This document shows, piece by piece, positions 16,129-25,334 of a stretch of DNA of 64,000 nucleotides. The first letter of the stretch is position 1. Each line of letters begins with the position of its first letter. Position numbers and translations under genes: made by a program. A model generated the notes under the pieces. The model saw only the letters and a program-made list of their open reading frames with translations, ran no database searches and was not told the DNA's origin. Origin of the DNA: Terrimicrobiaceae bacterium (GTDB lineage Bacteria > Verrucomicrobiota > Verrucomicrobiia > Chthoniobacterales > JAATET01). The stretch lies in assembly GCA_028713285.1 (NCBI GenBank), contig JAQTOP010000001.1, positions 35,190 to 99,189 on the forward strand, written 5' to 3'.

Positions 16129-19100
16129 TTATTCCTCGTAGGTAATTCCGAAGATCGTGTCTGTCAGCCAGCGGCGGAAGGAGTCGTTGTCTTGGAATTG
16201 TTTGAAGAGCTGTGCGTCGTCTTTGAACATTGCCGTGATCACCCGTTTGAGGGCTTTGTCGTGTTCGATTCGCGCGTTCTGCCGGTCGGAGTTTTGCCTG
16301 GCATTTTGGTAGGCCGGGTCCGCTGATACCTTCGGCGGAATGATGTCTATGATCCGCCGTTCCACGGCCTTCGGGTCGTTAAATAGCCCGCCGAACTGGT
16401 CGTTGAAGGCTTTGATGATGTTTGAGAGTTTGTCCATCTCCGGCTCAGGTTTGCGACCGCCGCCGCTCGTTGGCACCGGTTCGATTTCGGCGTCGGCGTC
16501 GGGCAGCGCAATGGCCAGTGTTGCCTTTTTTTCGGCGCGGTAGCTGTCCATGTCGATGGCTTCGAGAATGCCTTTGGCGAGGTCTTCCTCCTTCGGTGCG
16601 GGGAGCTTCGGGATGAGGAAGTTCAGGAAGATCGAGAGTTTTTCCCACTCCTGCACGCCATACGGCAGGATGGTCGCGAGGAAATCATACGTGCGGGTGA
16701 AGGCCTTGGCCTTCCCCTTGAAATCGACCTGCTTGTCCTCGTCGAGGTCGTTCACATAGACGGCGACGCAGGCGTCGAGGATTGGATGAACCTTGTCAAC
16801 GATCTGCCCGTCGAGATAGAGGTTCACGAATTCTTCCACCTGATCCGGCGAATAGACCTGATACCCATCCAGCTCGTTCTTGAGGGTGTGGAGCTTGTTT
16901 GGGTCCGTCTCCTTGCTGAGGATCGTGGCGCGATAGTAGTCGGCGAAGGATTTTTCGATGGCCTCGGTGTCGTTTTGGAAGTCTAGGACGAAGACGTCGT
17001 GCTTTTTCGGGTGTGCCCGGTTCAGGCGAGAGAGAGTCTGAACGGCTTTGATGCCGCTGAGCGCCTTGTCCACATACATGGTGTGCAGCAACGGCTCGTC
17101 GTAGCCGGTCTGGAATTTGTCGGCGCAGATGAGGAATCGATAGGGGTCTTCCTGGATATTGTCCGCGATGTCGTTGCTCGAAAATCCGTTTAGTTTCGCC
17201 TCGCTGACTTTATCGCCCTTGTATTCCGGCTCCCCGGAGAAGGCGACGATGGCCTTGTAGGGGCTTTTGATTTCCTTGAGGTAGGCGGTGAAGGCGAAGA
17301 AATACTCGATGGCCCGCTGAATGCTGCCGGTGACGACCATTGCCCGTGCCTGTCCGCCGATCTTGTTCTGGCCGATCACCTGTTCGAGGAAGTGGTCCAC
17401 CATGATCTCCGCTTTGTCGCGGATGGCTTTGCTGTGACTCTCCACGTAGAGGCGCAGTTTCTTGCGGGCCTTCTTTACGTCGAACTCCGGGTCTCCCTCG
17501 ACGGTTTTGGCGAGTCGATAGTAGCTGTCCACGGGGGTGTATTGTTTCAACACGTCGAGAATGAAACCCTCCTGGATGGCCTGTTTCATCGTGTAGCCGT
17601 GGAAAGGCCGGTGTTTCACCTCGCCTTCCGGGTAGGCGATGCCAAACATTTCCAGCGTTTTGTTTTTCGGCGTGGCAGTGAAGGCGAAGTAACTGGCGTT
17701 TGGCAGCATCTTCCGCTGCTCGATGATGCGGTTGATCTTGTCCTCCGTTGTCTCCTCTTCTTCCTCGGTGGCCTCGCCCAGCGCTGCGCTGATCGCCGCC
17801 GCTGTGCGTCCGCCCTGGCTGCTGTGCGCTTCGTCAATGATGATGGCGAAGTTTCCGCCGCGGTGTTCCGCGCCGATGCTGTCGAGCACGAAGGGGAAGG
17901 TCTGCACCGTGGAGATGATGATTTTCTTCCCGTCCTTGAGGAACTTTGAGAGTTGCTCGGTCTTCGAGACGCCGGCGCCTTCTTTCACTGCACCGACGAT
18001 GCTGCCGACCTGGGCGAAGCCCTTGATGGTCTCGCGGATTTGTTTGTCGAGGATGCGCCGGTCGGTGACGACGATGATCGTGTCGAATGCTTCCTTGCCG
18101 TCCTTCCGCGCGCTGATGAGCTGATGTGCCAGCCATGCGATGGAGTTAGATTTGCCGCTGCCTGCGGAATGCTGGATGAGATAATGCTGGCCCGCGCCCT
18201 TCTCCCGCACGTCGGCCAGGAGTTTGCGCACCACGTCGAGTTGGTGGTAGCGGGGGAAAATCTGAACCTGCTTTTTCTTTCCGGTCTTCGGGTTCTCCTC
18301 CTCCACGATCTGCGCATAGTTTTCCAGAATCTCCGTGAGGCCCGCTGGGGTGAGGATGTGGTTCCAGAGGTAGTCCGTCTTCAATCCGTCCGGATTTGGT
18401 GGATTGCCCCCGCCGTCGTTCCAGCCCTGATCGAAGGGAAGAAACCACGACTCCTTCGCCATGCCCTTGCTGCCCTTGAGCGCCGTGCACATGGCTACCT
18501 TGGCGTCGTCCACCGCGAAATGAACGACGCAACGGCCAAACTCGAACAGCGTCTCGCGTGGATCGCGGTCGCGTTTGTATTGTTCGATGGCGTCCTCGAC
18601 CGTTTGCTTGGTCAGGCTGTTTTTCAGTTCAAAGGTCATCACCGGCAGGCCGTTGATGAAGGCGCAAAGGTCCAGTGCCCGCTTCGTTTCCTCGCGGCTA
18701 TAGGCGAGTTGGCGTGTGATGCTGAACCTGTTCTGCGCGTGCCGCTCCACTGCCTTTTTGTTCTCCGGTGAAGGTGTGCCGTAGAATAGATCGAAGCTCA
18801 GTGCCCCGTGCTTGATGCCGTGCCGCAGCACGTCAATCGTGCCGCGCCGCGAAATCTCTCCCTGCAAGCGGGCGAGGAACTTCTGGCGAGTAATGTTCTT
18901 CTTGTCCTTGTAGTCGCCGATGCCGAGTTTGGCTGTCGCCTCCGGTTGGGTGGCTTGGAGGAAGGCGAAGAGCTGCTCCACATCCACTGCGAACTCGCGA
19001 TCATACGCCGCCGCGTGCCCGGCAAACCAGCCGTTGCCGCCGGTCAGGGGCGCGGTTTCCGCAACGATGCCCGGTGCGCCGGAGAAAAGGCCGCTCGTGC

Positions 19101-19158
19101 CGGTCATGTGAGCCATGATCAGAGTTTCGAGGCCTTTTTCGGTGGTGTCGGTTGGCAT
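16129..19158 (-). CDS. hsdR: Type I restriction enzyme R subunit
   Basis: 1009 aa. N-terminal nuclease 'VMTFELKNSL', SF2 motifs 'HSAGSGKSNSIAW' and 'IIIDEAHSSQ', and a characteristic HsdR C-terminus. Confidence 0.9.
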   Translation of the reverse strand: MPTDTTEKGLETLIMAHMTGTSGLFSGAPGIVAETAPLTGGNGWFAGHAAAYDREFAVDVEQLFAFLQATQPEATAKLGIGDYKDKKNITRQKFLARLQGEISRRGTIDVLRHGIKHGALSFDLFYGTPSPENKKAVERHAQNRFSITRQLAYSREETKRALDLCAFINGLPVMTFELKNSLTKQTVEDAIEQYKRDRDPRETLFEFGRCVVHFAVDDAKVAMCTALKGSKGMAKESWFLPFDQGWNDGGGNPPNPDGLKTDYLWNHILTPAGLTEILENYAQIVEEENPKTGKKKQVQIFPRYHQLDVVRKLLADVREKGAGQHYLIQHSAGSGKSNSIAWLAHQLISARKDGKEAFDTIIVVTDRRILDKQIRETIKGFAQVGSIVGAVKEGAGVSKTEQLSKFLKDGKKIIISTVQTFPFVLDSIGAEHRGGNFAIIIDEAHSSQGGRTAAAISAALGEATEEEEETTEDKINRIIEQRKMLPNASYFAFTATPKNKTLEMFGIAYPEGEVKHRPFHGYTMKQAIQEGFILDVLKQYTPVDSYYRLAKTVEGDPEFDVKKARKKLRLYVESHSKAIRDKAEIMVDHFLEQVIGQNKIGGQARAMVVTGSIQRAIEYFFAFTAYLKEIKSPYKAIVAFSGEPEYKGDKVSEAKLNGFSSNDIADNIQEDPYRFLICADKFQTGYDEPLLHTMYVDKALSGIKAVQTLSRLNRAHPKKHDVFVLDFQNDTEAIEKSFADYYRATILSKETDPNKLHTLKNELDGYQVYSPDQVEEFVNLYLDGQIVDKVHPILDACVAVYVNDLDEDKQVDFKGKAKAFTRTYDFLATILPYGVQEWEKLSIFLNFLIPKLPAPKEEDLAKGILEAIDMDSYRAEKKATLAIALPDADAEIEPVPTSGGGRKPEPEMDKLSNIIKAFNDQFGGLFNDPKAVERRIIDIIPPKVSADPAYQNARQNSDRQNARIEHDKALKRVITAMFKDDAQLFKQFQDNDSFRRWLTDTIFGITYEE

Positions 19159-19162
19159 GGGC

Positions 19163-19759
19163 TCAGAGTTTATCGTTTAGAATTCTTTTCGACCGAGCGA
19201 AGCTCGGAAGCAGGGGTTCAAGCGTTGTCGGGTTTAGCTCGCCCAAGACCACGAACGACCGCTTTCCCTTTTTATACGCATTGGTGCAGTTCCGCGTGGC
19301 GTGTTCGAGCTTGGTATGAACGTCGGCCCGGCCGCGGCTCTCCAGACCATTTGTGGGTGGAAGGGCGTTCTCTTGAAGGTTGTGTCCGTAGTGGGCCTTC
19401 AGGGTTTCCCGGTCCGCCACGATCCACGACTCCATGCATGTCGTCATGAAAAGCACCTGTTCATCCTCGGCCCCTTCAGGTTTTTCCCAATTGTCTCGTG
19501 TCTTAAGGTGCGACCAAGCTTTCTCGATGTCCGCCATGGGGTCCTCGCTGTCGATGAGCATCGCCACAAAGTGGCCGGGCTTTGCATCTGAATGGGCGGT
19601 CTTGAAGTCGTCGAACGCGGAGTCCCTGCCTCCACACGCACTCAGTCGAGGTAGGCGACCCGTGAATCCGGATTTTTCCAGGAGTCGGCGAAATCCCTCG
19701 CGGCAGCGAATTTGATCCTCCTTGGATTCTGCACCCTCGATGTAAAGATGTGCGCTCAC
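19163..19759 (-). CDS. DUF4276-like protein with Toprim-like acidic motifs
   Basis: 'HLYIEGAES...' and 'AMLIDSEDP' give an E...DxD-like pattern. 4-nt overlap with the upstream ATPase gene. Confidence 0.6.
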   Translation of the reverse strand: MSAHLYIEGAESKEDQIRCREGFRRLLEKSGFTGRLPRLSACGGRDSAFDDFKTAHSDAKPGHFVAMLIDSEDPMADIEKAWSHLKTRDNWEKPEGAEDEQVLFMTTCMESWIVADRETLKAHYGHNLQENALPPTNGLESRGRADVHTKLEHATRNCTNAYKKGKRSFVVLGELNPTTLEPLLPSFARSKRILNDKL

Positions 19760-20946
19760 CAGCGGGAACCTCCGATTTCACCTTTGGTCCAGAGCTGCCC
19801 GAGCCGGTATTTTTTCAGCCATGCTGTGAGATCTTTCGCCTTGAGGCGATCCATGCGGGTTTGCCCCTGTTCCTTGGCACATACCACCACGGCCTCCGGC
19901 GTCTCCGTCATCGCGTCAACGAGGATGTCCGAGTGCGTGGTGATGATAAGTTGTGTGCGTTCTGCGGCGGCTTTGATGAGGTCCGCCACCTTGGGGAGGA
20001 TGTCGGGATGCAGACCCAGCTCCGGCTCCTCAATGCAGATCATCTTCGGTGGCTCGGGGTCGCAGAGGATGGCCAGCAAGCAGAGATAGCGCAGAGTTCC
20101 ATCCGAAAGGCGTGTCGCCGGTATGGAGAAGTCTCCTTCCGTGAAGAACACCTGAACGGTTCCGCCTTCGATGAAGACCTCGAAATCATGAATGCCGTCG
20201 TAGAGGTCTTTCAGACCGTTGAGGATCGCCTTCTTGGCTTTCGGGAACTTTGTTTTTAGCCTGTTCAGGAAAAGACCGAGGTTGGAAAAGTCTTCTTCCA
20301 ACGTGTCATTCCGCATGTCTGCCTTCTGCGGTTCGCGGAATACTGCTCCCCGCCCGAATGCCCATTCCCGGTAAATTCGGATGCTTTCGTAACTTTGTGC
20401 CAGCCACGCCAGTTCTGGATAGGTCTCGGGGTCACGACGCTGAGCGAGAATCGAGAGGTCCGTTTCGATGGTGTCACGCGCAAGTTTACGCTGTCCATCG
20501 CCCGCGGTATTCAAGACCGGATGGCCGCCTTGGAAGCGGTAATAGAAATAGGCTTCCGGTTGTCCCTGATAGGGGCTCTGGTTCTCGACCTGTTCATCAT
20601 CGAGGGCGAAGGCTTGCGATACGGCATGAAACGCCATGCTGTGACGAAGCGGCTGTTTCCCTTTTGGATTGCTGACCACGACTTCGAGGCGGGCTTTGCC
20701 GTTCTTCTTTTCACCTTTCCAAATCCACTCTGCTACTCCGCCGCCCTTGCGCGTGACCTCGCGCCATTCCTTTGGTGCGGCACGCAATAGGTTGATCGCT
20801 TCGAGGAGGTTCGATTTGCCACTCCCGTTTGCACCGATGAGCACGTTTAAGTTCCGCAGTTCGAGTCCGGGAAAATCCGGCCCGAAGGAGAGAAAGCTCC
20901 TGGGTTGCAGATGTCGGATTAGGGTTGGATCTGGTGCGGTTGGCAT
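19756..20946 (-). CDS. ABC/SMC-type AAA ATPase (AAA_15/21-like)
   Basis: Walker A 'LIGANGSGKSNLLEAI', Walker B and D-loop 'ICIEEPELGLHP', and 'IITTHS'. Confidence 0.8.
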   Translation of the reverse strand: MPTAPDPTLIRHLQPRSFLSFGPDFPGLELRNLNVLIGANGSGKSNLLEAINLLRAAPKEWREVTRKGGGVAEWIWKGEKKNGKARLEVVVSNPKGKQPLRHSMAFHAVSQAFALDDEQVENQSPYQGQPEAYFYYRFQGGHPVLNTAGDGQRKLARDTIETDLSILAQRRDPETYPELAWLAQSYESIRIYREWAFGRGAVFREPQKADMRNDTLEEDFSNLGLFLNRLKTKFPKAKKAILNGLKDLYDGIHDFEVFIEGGTVQVFFTEGDFSIPATRLSDGTLRYLCLLAILCDPEPPKMICIEEPELGLHPDILPKVADLIKAAAERTQLIITTHSDILVDAMTETPEAVVVCAKEQGQTRMDRLKAKDLTAWLKKYRLGQLWTKGEIGGSRW

Positions 20947-20959
20947 AATTTCAATTTAT

Positions 20960-22129
20960 CTATGGTTCGAGGCATCTTTCGCTGGCGGTTTCCGGAAGCA
21001 GTTTGCTGTAGCCCTCCAGCATGACCGACATCCCATCGAGGGTCGGCTGAACGGTTAGGTCTGGATATTTTTTGCTGATCAAGTCCGCCTTGTTTTTCAA
21101 CAAGACTCGCACGTCTTCAAGCCCTCTCAATTCATCCTCCAACGTCGTTTCAAACTCGGGCACCGTGTCACTGGCCACTGCAAGCGATTGATCGAGCCGC
21201 AGGGAGTATTCGATGAGCATGAGGTGGGGTTGCCTTTCCGTGATTTTCTGGTGCGTCTCTTGATGCGGCCCTTTGTCCACCGGCTCGATCCAGCCAAAAA
21301 TGTTCCGGAACCAGTCTCGTTGATTGGGATCCTTGACTAACTCGATTTCGTGTCGCATTTCGCGCCGCCAGCGCGTGCGTAGTTCTCGAAGTTCTCCTCG
21401 CATTTTCCAAAGCTCCCACTGTTTTTCTTTGGTGACTTCTCCCCGACAAAGTTCGCGGGCTGAGGTGTAGATGCGTTCCAGCGCCGACATTTGGTCGATC
21501 TTCCGATAAGCCAACAAAAGATCGATCTTCGCATCTACGGCCTTCAGTCGCCGAGCAATGTCCGCTCCAGATATGATATGCGCCGCGCCGACAACCACCG
21601 CGCCCAGAGAGGCTAAGCGACCCAATGCTTGGGCTCCTCGAGCCTCCTTCATCATCTCCAAAATGCGGCCGTCCTTGACACCTCGAATCACGGGAAGGGT
21701 CCGTTCGGAAGCGGTGCGGGAAATCACAGCGACGCCTTCTTGCAGCAATTTTTGTCCGTCTTTCGAGATGGATACCACCATGTTCACGCCGGTTTCGGCC
21801 AATTGCAGGCTATTGACCGCAATAACCAAACCGTCAGGCGCTGATGACATCAATCTGCGATTGAGATCGGACAGCGCGGCCTCTTGGCTGGCCCCTGCAA
21901 ACTTCTCCAGGTCCAGGGATTCATCGAAACTCAAGCGCGTGATGACATTATCGAGAGGGCGGGCGGCTTCTACATAATCAGCAACTCGCCCGTCAACGAC
22001 TGCGACGGTTTGACCCATGGGCCTCGCGGTGGTTGATCCAAACCATGATGCAAGCCGCGGCCAGAAAAGAGTCCCGGCTATAAAAACCAACGCAATTCCC
22101 AACAGGATCATGAGCCAATCCCAATTCAT
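20960..22129 (-). CDS. Membrane-anchored protein of unknown function
   Basis: 389 aa with an N-terminal TM helix, 'WLMILLGIALVFIAGTLFW'. The rest is helical and charged. 4-nt overlap with hsdS. Confidence 0.55.
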   Translation of the reverse strand: MNWDWLMILLGIALVFIAGTLFWPRLASWFGSTTARPMGQTVAVVDGRVADYVEAARPLDNVITRLSFDESLDLEKFAGASQEAALSDLNRRLMSSAPDGLVIAVNSLQLAETGVNMVVSISKDGQKLLQEGVAVISRTASERTLPVIRGVKDGRILEMMKEARGAQALGRLASLGAVVVGAAHIISGADIARRLKAVDAKIDLLLAYRKIDQMSALERIYTSARELCRGEVTKEKQWELWKMRGELRELRTRWRREMRHEIELVKDPNQRDWFRNIFGWIEPVDKGPHQETHQKITERQPHLMLIEYSLRLDQSLAVASDTVPEFETTLEDELRGLEDVRVLLKNKADLISKKYPDLTVQPTLDGMSVMLEGYSKLLPETASERCLEP

Positions 22130-23508
22130 GCCTCAACTTCCTCCAATTCTTGCGAGGCATCATAGATTGGGGCCTCGACTGGCATGAGTTCGGATGATTC
22201 AGGCAGCTTGGCTGCTGCGGCGCGGACGTCCAGTTTGCCGGTCACCACGTCCGCCGTCAGCCGCGTCCGGTATTCCTGCATCAGTGCGATTTCCCGCTCG
22301 GTGCGGGCGATTGCGGTGTTGAGGTCTGCCGATTGTTCTCCGATCCCTTTTAGGATGGTGTCCTGTTCGTTCCGAGGTGGTAGCGGAATATGGATCGCGC
22401 CGAACCGGTCGTTGTAGAGTCGCATGAATCCTGAGGTGCCCGTGCCTAGTCCTTTCGATTCGGAGCGAAATTTTACTCGGAGTGTGCGGGTCCGAAAAAG
22501 CTCCCCCAAGTAATCGACGTTCACGTCGGAAATTGGGTCGAAGACGGCGTAGTCGGGACTGACGAGGCCAGTGATTTCGAGACACGAAGGGAATATCACT
22601 CCGTTGCCTGCCTGCATTCGGTTCACTACAAACTGCCGTGGTTTGACAATCTTGAATCCGACCAGCGTTGCCGCTTGGGGTGGGCGAGTGAAGTGCTCGG
22701 AAAATACGACTAGGCCGTGATGCATTCGCATCGAAAGCAGTGGCTCTGCCCCGCTGGTGGAGCGGTTATCAACCTCTTTCAGCAGGTATTTAATTCGTAT
22801 CACCTCCCAATGCTTTGGGATGTCGCTGAGCCAGGGGATGCTGGAGCGTTTGAGGGGGGCGTTGGGGTTGAGGCCGCAGGTGACGGCGCGGTGGATGATG
22901 GCCTGCTTCTGCTCGTTCAGTAGCCCAATCAGCTTTCGTTTGGCGCGGATGAAGCCGTCGATCTTCCGGTTCGCATGGTCTAAAAATCGCACGATAGCCG
23001 CTTGTTCCTCGGGGGGAGGTAGCGGAGTCTTCAGGCTCGCAAATGTCCCGCGTTGAATCGTCTTCCGAAGCCCGGTGTAGAGCGGCTTCATCAGCTTTCC
23101 GTCGTCGATGAAGCGGTAGTAGTGGTTCAGGAAACGGGGATCAACTCGCGCCGTCGGGCTGAAGACGTCGTATGCACCGGTGATCATTCCCCGCTGACGC
23201 GACAGGCCAACACCACGCGGGGTCTCGTCGATGTCGAACAGGCAAAAGATCATGTCGTTTGGCCGAACGACTTTGTAGGTGTTGAACTGCGCTGGAAATT
23301 TCCCCTTGGGATTCACCATGTCGCGGGCAATGACGCCTTGGAGGGTGAGCGAGAGTAGCGTGTAGTCAGAAGCACCTTCGCCTACGACCTGGCGCTGGTC
23401 TTTCATCAGCGCACGATTCGGAATCATTTCCCAATGGCTGGGAACAGCGTCCAGCCACGGCAGGCTGGGATTCTTGTATTCCGAATGCTGCTGGAGTCCC
23501 TCGATCAT
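22126..23508 (-). CDS. hsdS: Type I R-M specificity subunit
   Basis: Two target-recognition halves are each followed by the conserved 'PLPPPEEQAAIVRFLD' / 'PLPPRNEQDTILKGIG' helices. Confidence 0.9.
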   Translation of the reverse strand: MIEGLQQHSEYKNPSLPWLDAVPSHWEMIPNRALMKDQRQVVGEGASDYTLLSLTLQGVIARDMVNPKGKFPAQFNTYKVVRPNDMIFCLFDIDETPRGVGLSRQRGMITGAYDVFSPTARVDPRFLNHYYRFIDDGKLMKPLYTGLRKTIQRGTFASLKTPLPPPEEQAAIVRFLDHANRKIDGFIRAKRKLIGLLNEQKQAIIHRAVTCGLNPNAPLKRSSIPWLSDIPKHWEVIRIKYLLKEVDNRSTSGAEPLLSMRMHHGLVVFSEHFTRPPQAATLVGFKIVKPRQFVVNRMQAGNGVIFPSCLEITGLVSPDYAVFDPISDVNVDYLGELFRTRTLRVKFRSESKGLGTGTSGFMRLYNDRFGAIHIPLPPRNEQDTILKGIGEQSADLNTAIARTEREIALMQEYRTRLTADVVTGKLDVRAAAAKLPESSELMPVEAPIYDASQELEEVEA

Positions 23509-25334
23509 GCCGTGGCTGCCTCCATGACACGGTTGGGATTCCAGATGTGCTCGGCAAGCTTGAGGTAGAGCGTGCAGCGCTCCTCCATCTCGGCGGACTT
23601 GAACAAGACTATCGGTTTGAACGGTAGGCCGGTGGTCTCGATAAATCGAAGGAAGCCGGGATTGTTCTGGTAACAGGTGGAGTGAAGCGAGCGGGCCAGT
23701 ATGTTTTGCCCGTGGTAGTGTGGTAACTTTTCCTCGTAGGTAAGGTCGCCATAGCTGGCATTGAAGCTTTTTGGCAACAGCAGCAACCCGCCGATCCGAT
23801 TGCGCATGGTGGCGAAGTCGCTGGGGTGGCTGAATTCATCCTTGTGCCGTTCAGGGTGGTTGGCCCAGATGTGCTCGATCTCGTAGCGCTTTTTCCCGGT
23901 GGCCATGTATTCCGCGTAGCGCGATGCCATGCCGGAGCGGGTCTCCACAAAATCCGTCATGCGGGCGAGGAGGCGGTGAATCTGACGGCCGTTTGTGCCG
24001 TGCATGGCGAAGCGCTCGTTTTTCGCAAAGGTCTCCTGGTCGTCTGCGAGCCGCTGCGCGAGGACGGCGGCGGTGTCGGCCGCAGATTTCCCCCGGATGT
24101 CCCTTATGACGTTGAACATCGCGTATTGGAGGGTGGAGTAGTCGATGGCTCGCCAATTCCAGATGCGGCGGGTGATGAGAATGTCGATGAAGGTGCTCAC
24201 GACGCGCAGCTTGCGGAGGATTTCCGGTTCTGGATCGTCGGGGAGCAATGGGGCGAGCAGGACTGAATACTGGAGGGTAAAGTTGTGGTGGGTGTTGAAA
24301 TGGATCGCTTCCAAGCCGGTGGTCAATTCCCACCCGGCCCATCTCGTCCGCAGGTATTGGGCGGTGTAGAACTTGAAGTCGCGTTCGATGAAACGGGCGA
24401 ATTCGGAGGATTTCGTCAGGCCGAGACTTTCCTCGTGGTCGCGAATCCAGCGGTGAAACTCGGTGCCGATGAGGTCGAAGTCTTCGGGCTTCGCGTTGCG
24501 TTTGCGTTCGCGAATTTTCTGGGCGTGCTGGCTGCGGAGCCACGCCTTGATGGCGTCGGCGTCTTCTTCCTTGCCCCAGTCCTGGCACTCAGCGATGCGT
24601 TCTTTCCAAACTTTGCTGGCGGCGTTGCGGGTGGACTCGTCGGTGATGTTGGCGAGAAGATAGCCCTTGAGCATGTCCGTAGGCGTGAGGGATAGCCCGC
24701 GGTCGTTCATGGTCTCGAAAATGGTATAGGCGTCCTCGTCGGAGTAGGCGGTGATTTCGACGAGATGGACGTTTTCGATGAGCCAGTCGGCAAAAAACGG
24801 AAGCACGGCTCCGCCGATCTCGTCGGGAAACTCGTCCGCTATGTCTTCGAAGCGGCCGAGGATGTTGACGACGGACTCCGACTGGTCGGTAGGGTCAAAG
24901 GGCTGGCCTGTGTAGATCGCATCCATGCAGGGCGTGCGGTCGGGCACGTCGAGGTTGAAGGAACGCTTACCGTGTTTCCGAGAAAAAATGAGATCGGCCA
25001 TCTGGCCTTTCTCCTCCTCGTCCTCCAAGTGACGGTGCAGGTAGATGAGAAGGAGCGTGAGCGAGGTCAGCCGTTGCTGACCGTCGATAATGTATTTTTG
25101 GCCGTCGCGGTCGCTGATGATGATCGAGCCAAGGAAGTAATGGCCGTAGTTCTCGACATCGGTGCGATCGTGGCCCGACTCGTGACTTTCGAGGAACTTG
25201 GCGGCGAGGTCCTCGACAAGCTCGGTGATCTGCTTGGTCTGCCAGCGGTATTCGCGCTGGTAATAGTCGATGGAGTATTTCGCGCCGCCAAGAAGCTCGC
25301 GAATGGTTTTGGCCTTGCCGAGGATTTCCTTCAT
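23505..25334 (-). CDS. DUF262 (ParB-like NTPase) plus DUF1524 (His-Me nuclease) protein, GmrSD-like
   Basis: 'IDYYQREYRW' and 'DGQQRLTSLTLL' (DUF262); C-terminal 'YEIEHIWANHP' (DUF1524). Confidence 0.8.
   Translation of the reverse strand: MKEILGKAKTIRELLGGAKYSIDYYQREYRWQTKQITELVEDLAAKFLESHESGHDRTDVENYGHYFLGSIIISDRDGQKYIIDGQQRLTSLTLLLIYLHRHLEDEEEKGQMADLIFSRKHGKRSFNLDVPDRTPCMDAIYTGQPFDPTDQSESVVNILGRFEDIADEFPDEIGGAVLPFFADWLIENVHLVEITAYSDEDAYTIFETMNDRGLSLTPTDMLKGYLLANITDESTRNAASKVWKERIAECQDWGKEEDADAIKAWLRSQHAQKIRERKRNAKPEDFDLIGTEFHRWIRDHEESLGLTKSSEFARFIERDFKFYTAQYLRTRWAGWELTTGLEAIHFNTHHNFTLQYSVLLAPLLPDDPEPEILRKLRVVSTFIDILITRRIWNWRAIDYSTLQYAMFNVIRDIRGKSAADTAAVLAQRLADDQETFAKNERFAMHGTNGRQIHRLLARMTDFVETRSGMASRYAEYMATGKKRYEIEHIWANHPERHKDEFSHPSDFATMRNRIGGLLLLPKSFNASYGDLTYEEKLPHYHGQNILARSLHSTCYQNNPGFLRFIETTGLPFKPIVLFKSAEMEERCTLYLKLAEHIWNPNRVMEAATA

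Noticed and set aside
23851-24588. 245-aa minus-strand ORF inside the DUF262/DUF1524 gene, and plus-strand ORF 24765-25442
   Set aside because: These are alternative-frame or antisense ORFs with Arg/Pro-rich composition. The DUF262 frame carries the 'DGQQRLTSL' and 'EIEHIW' motifs.
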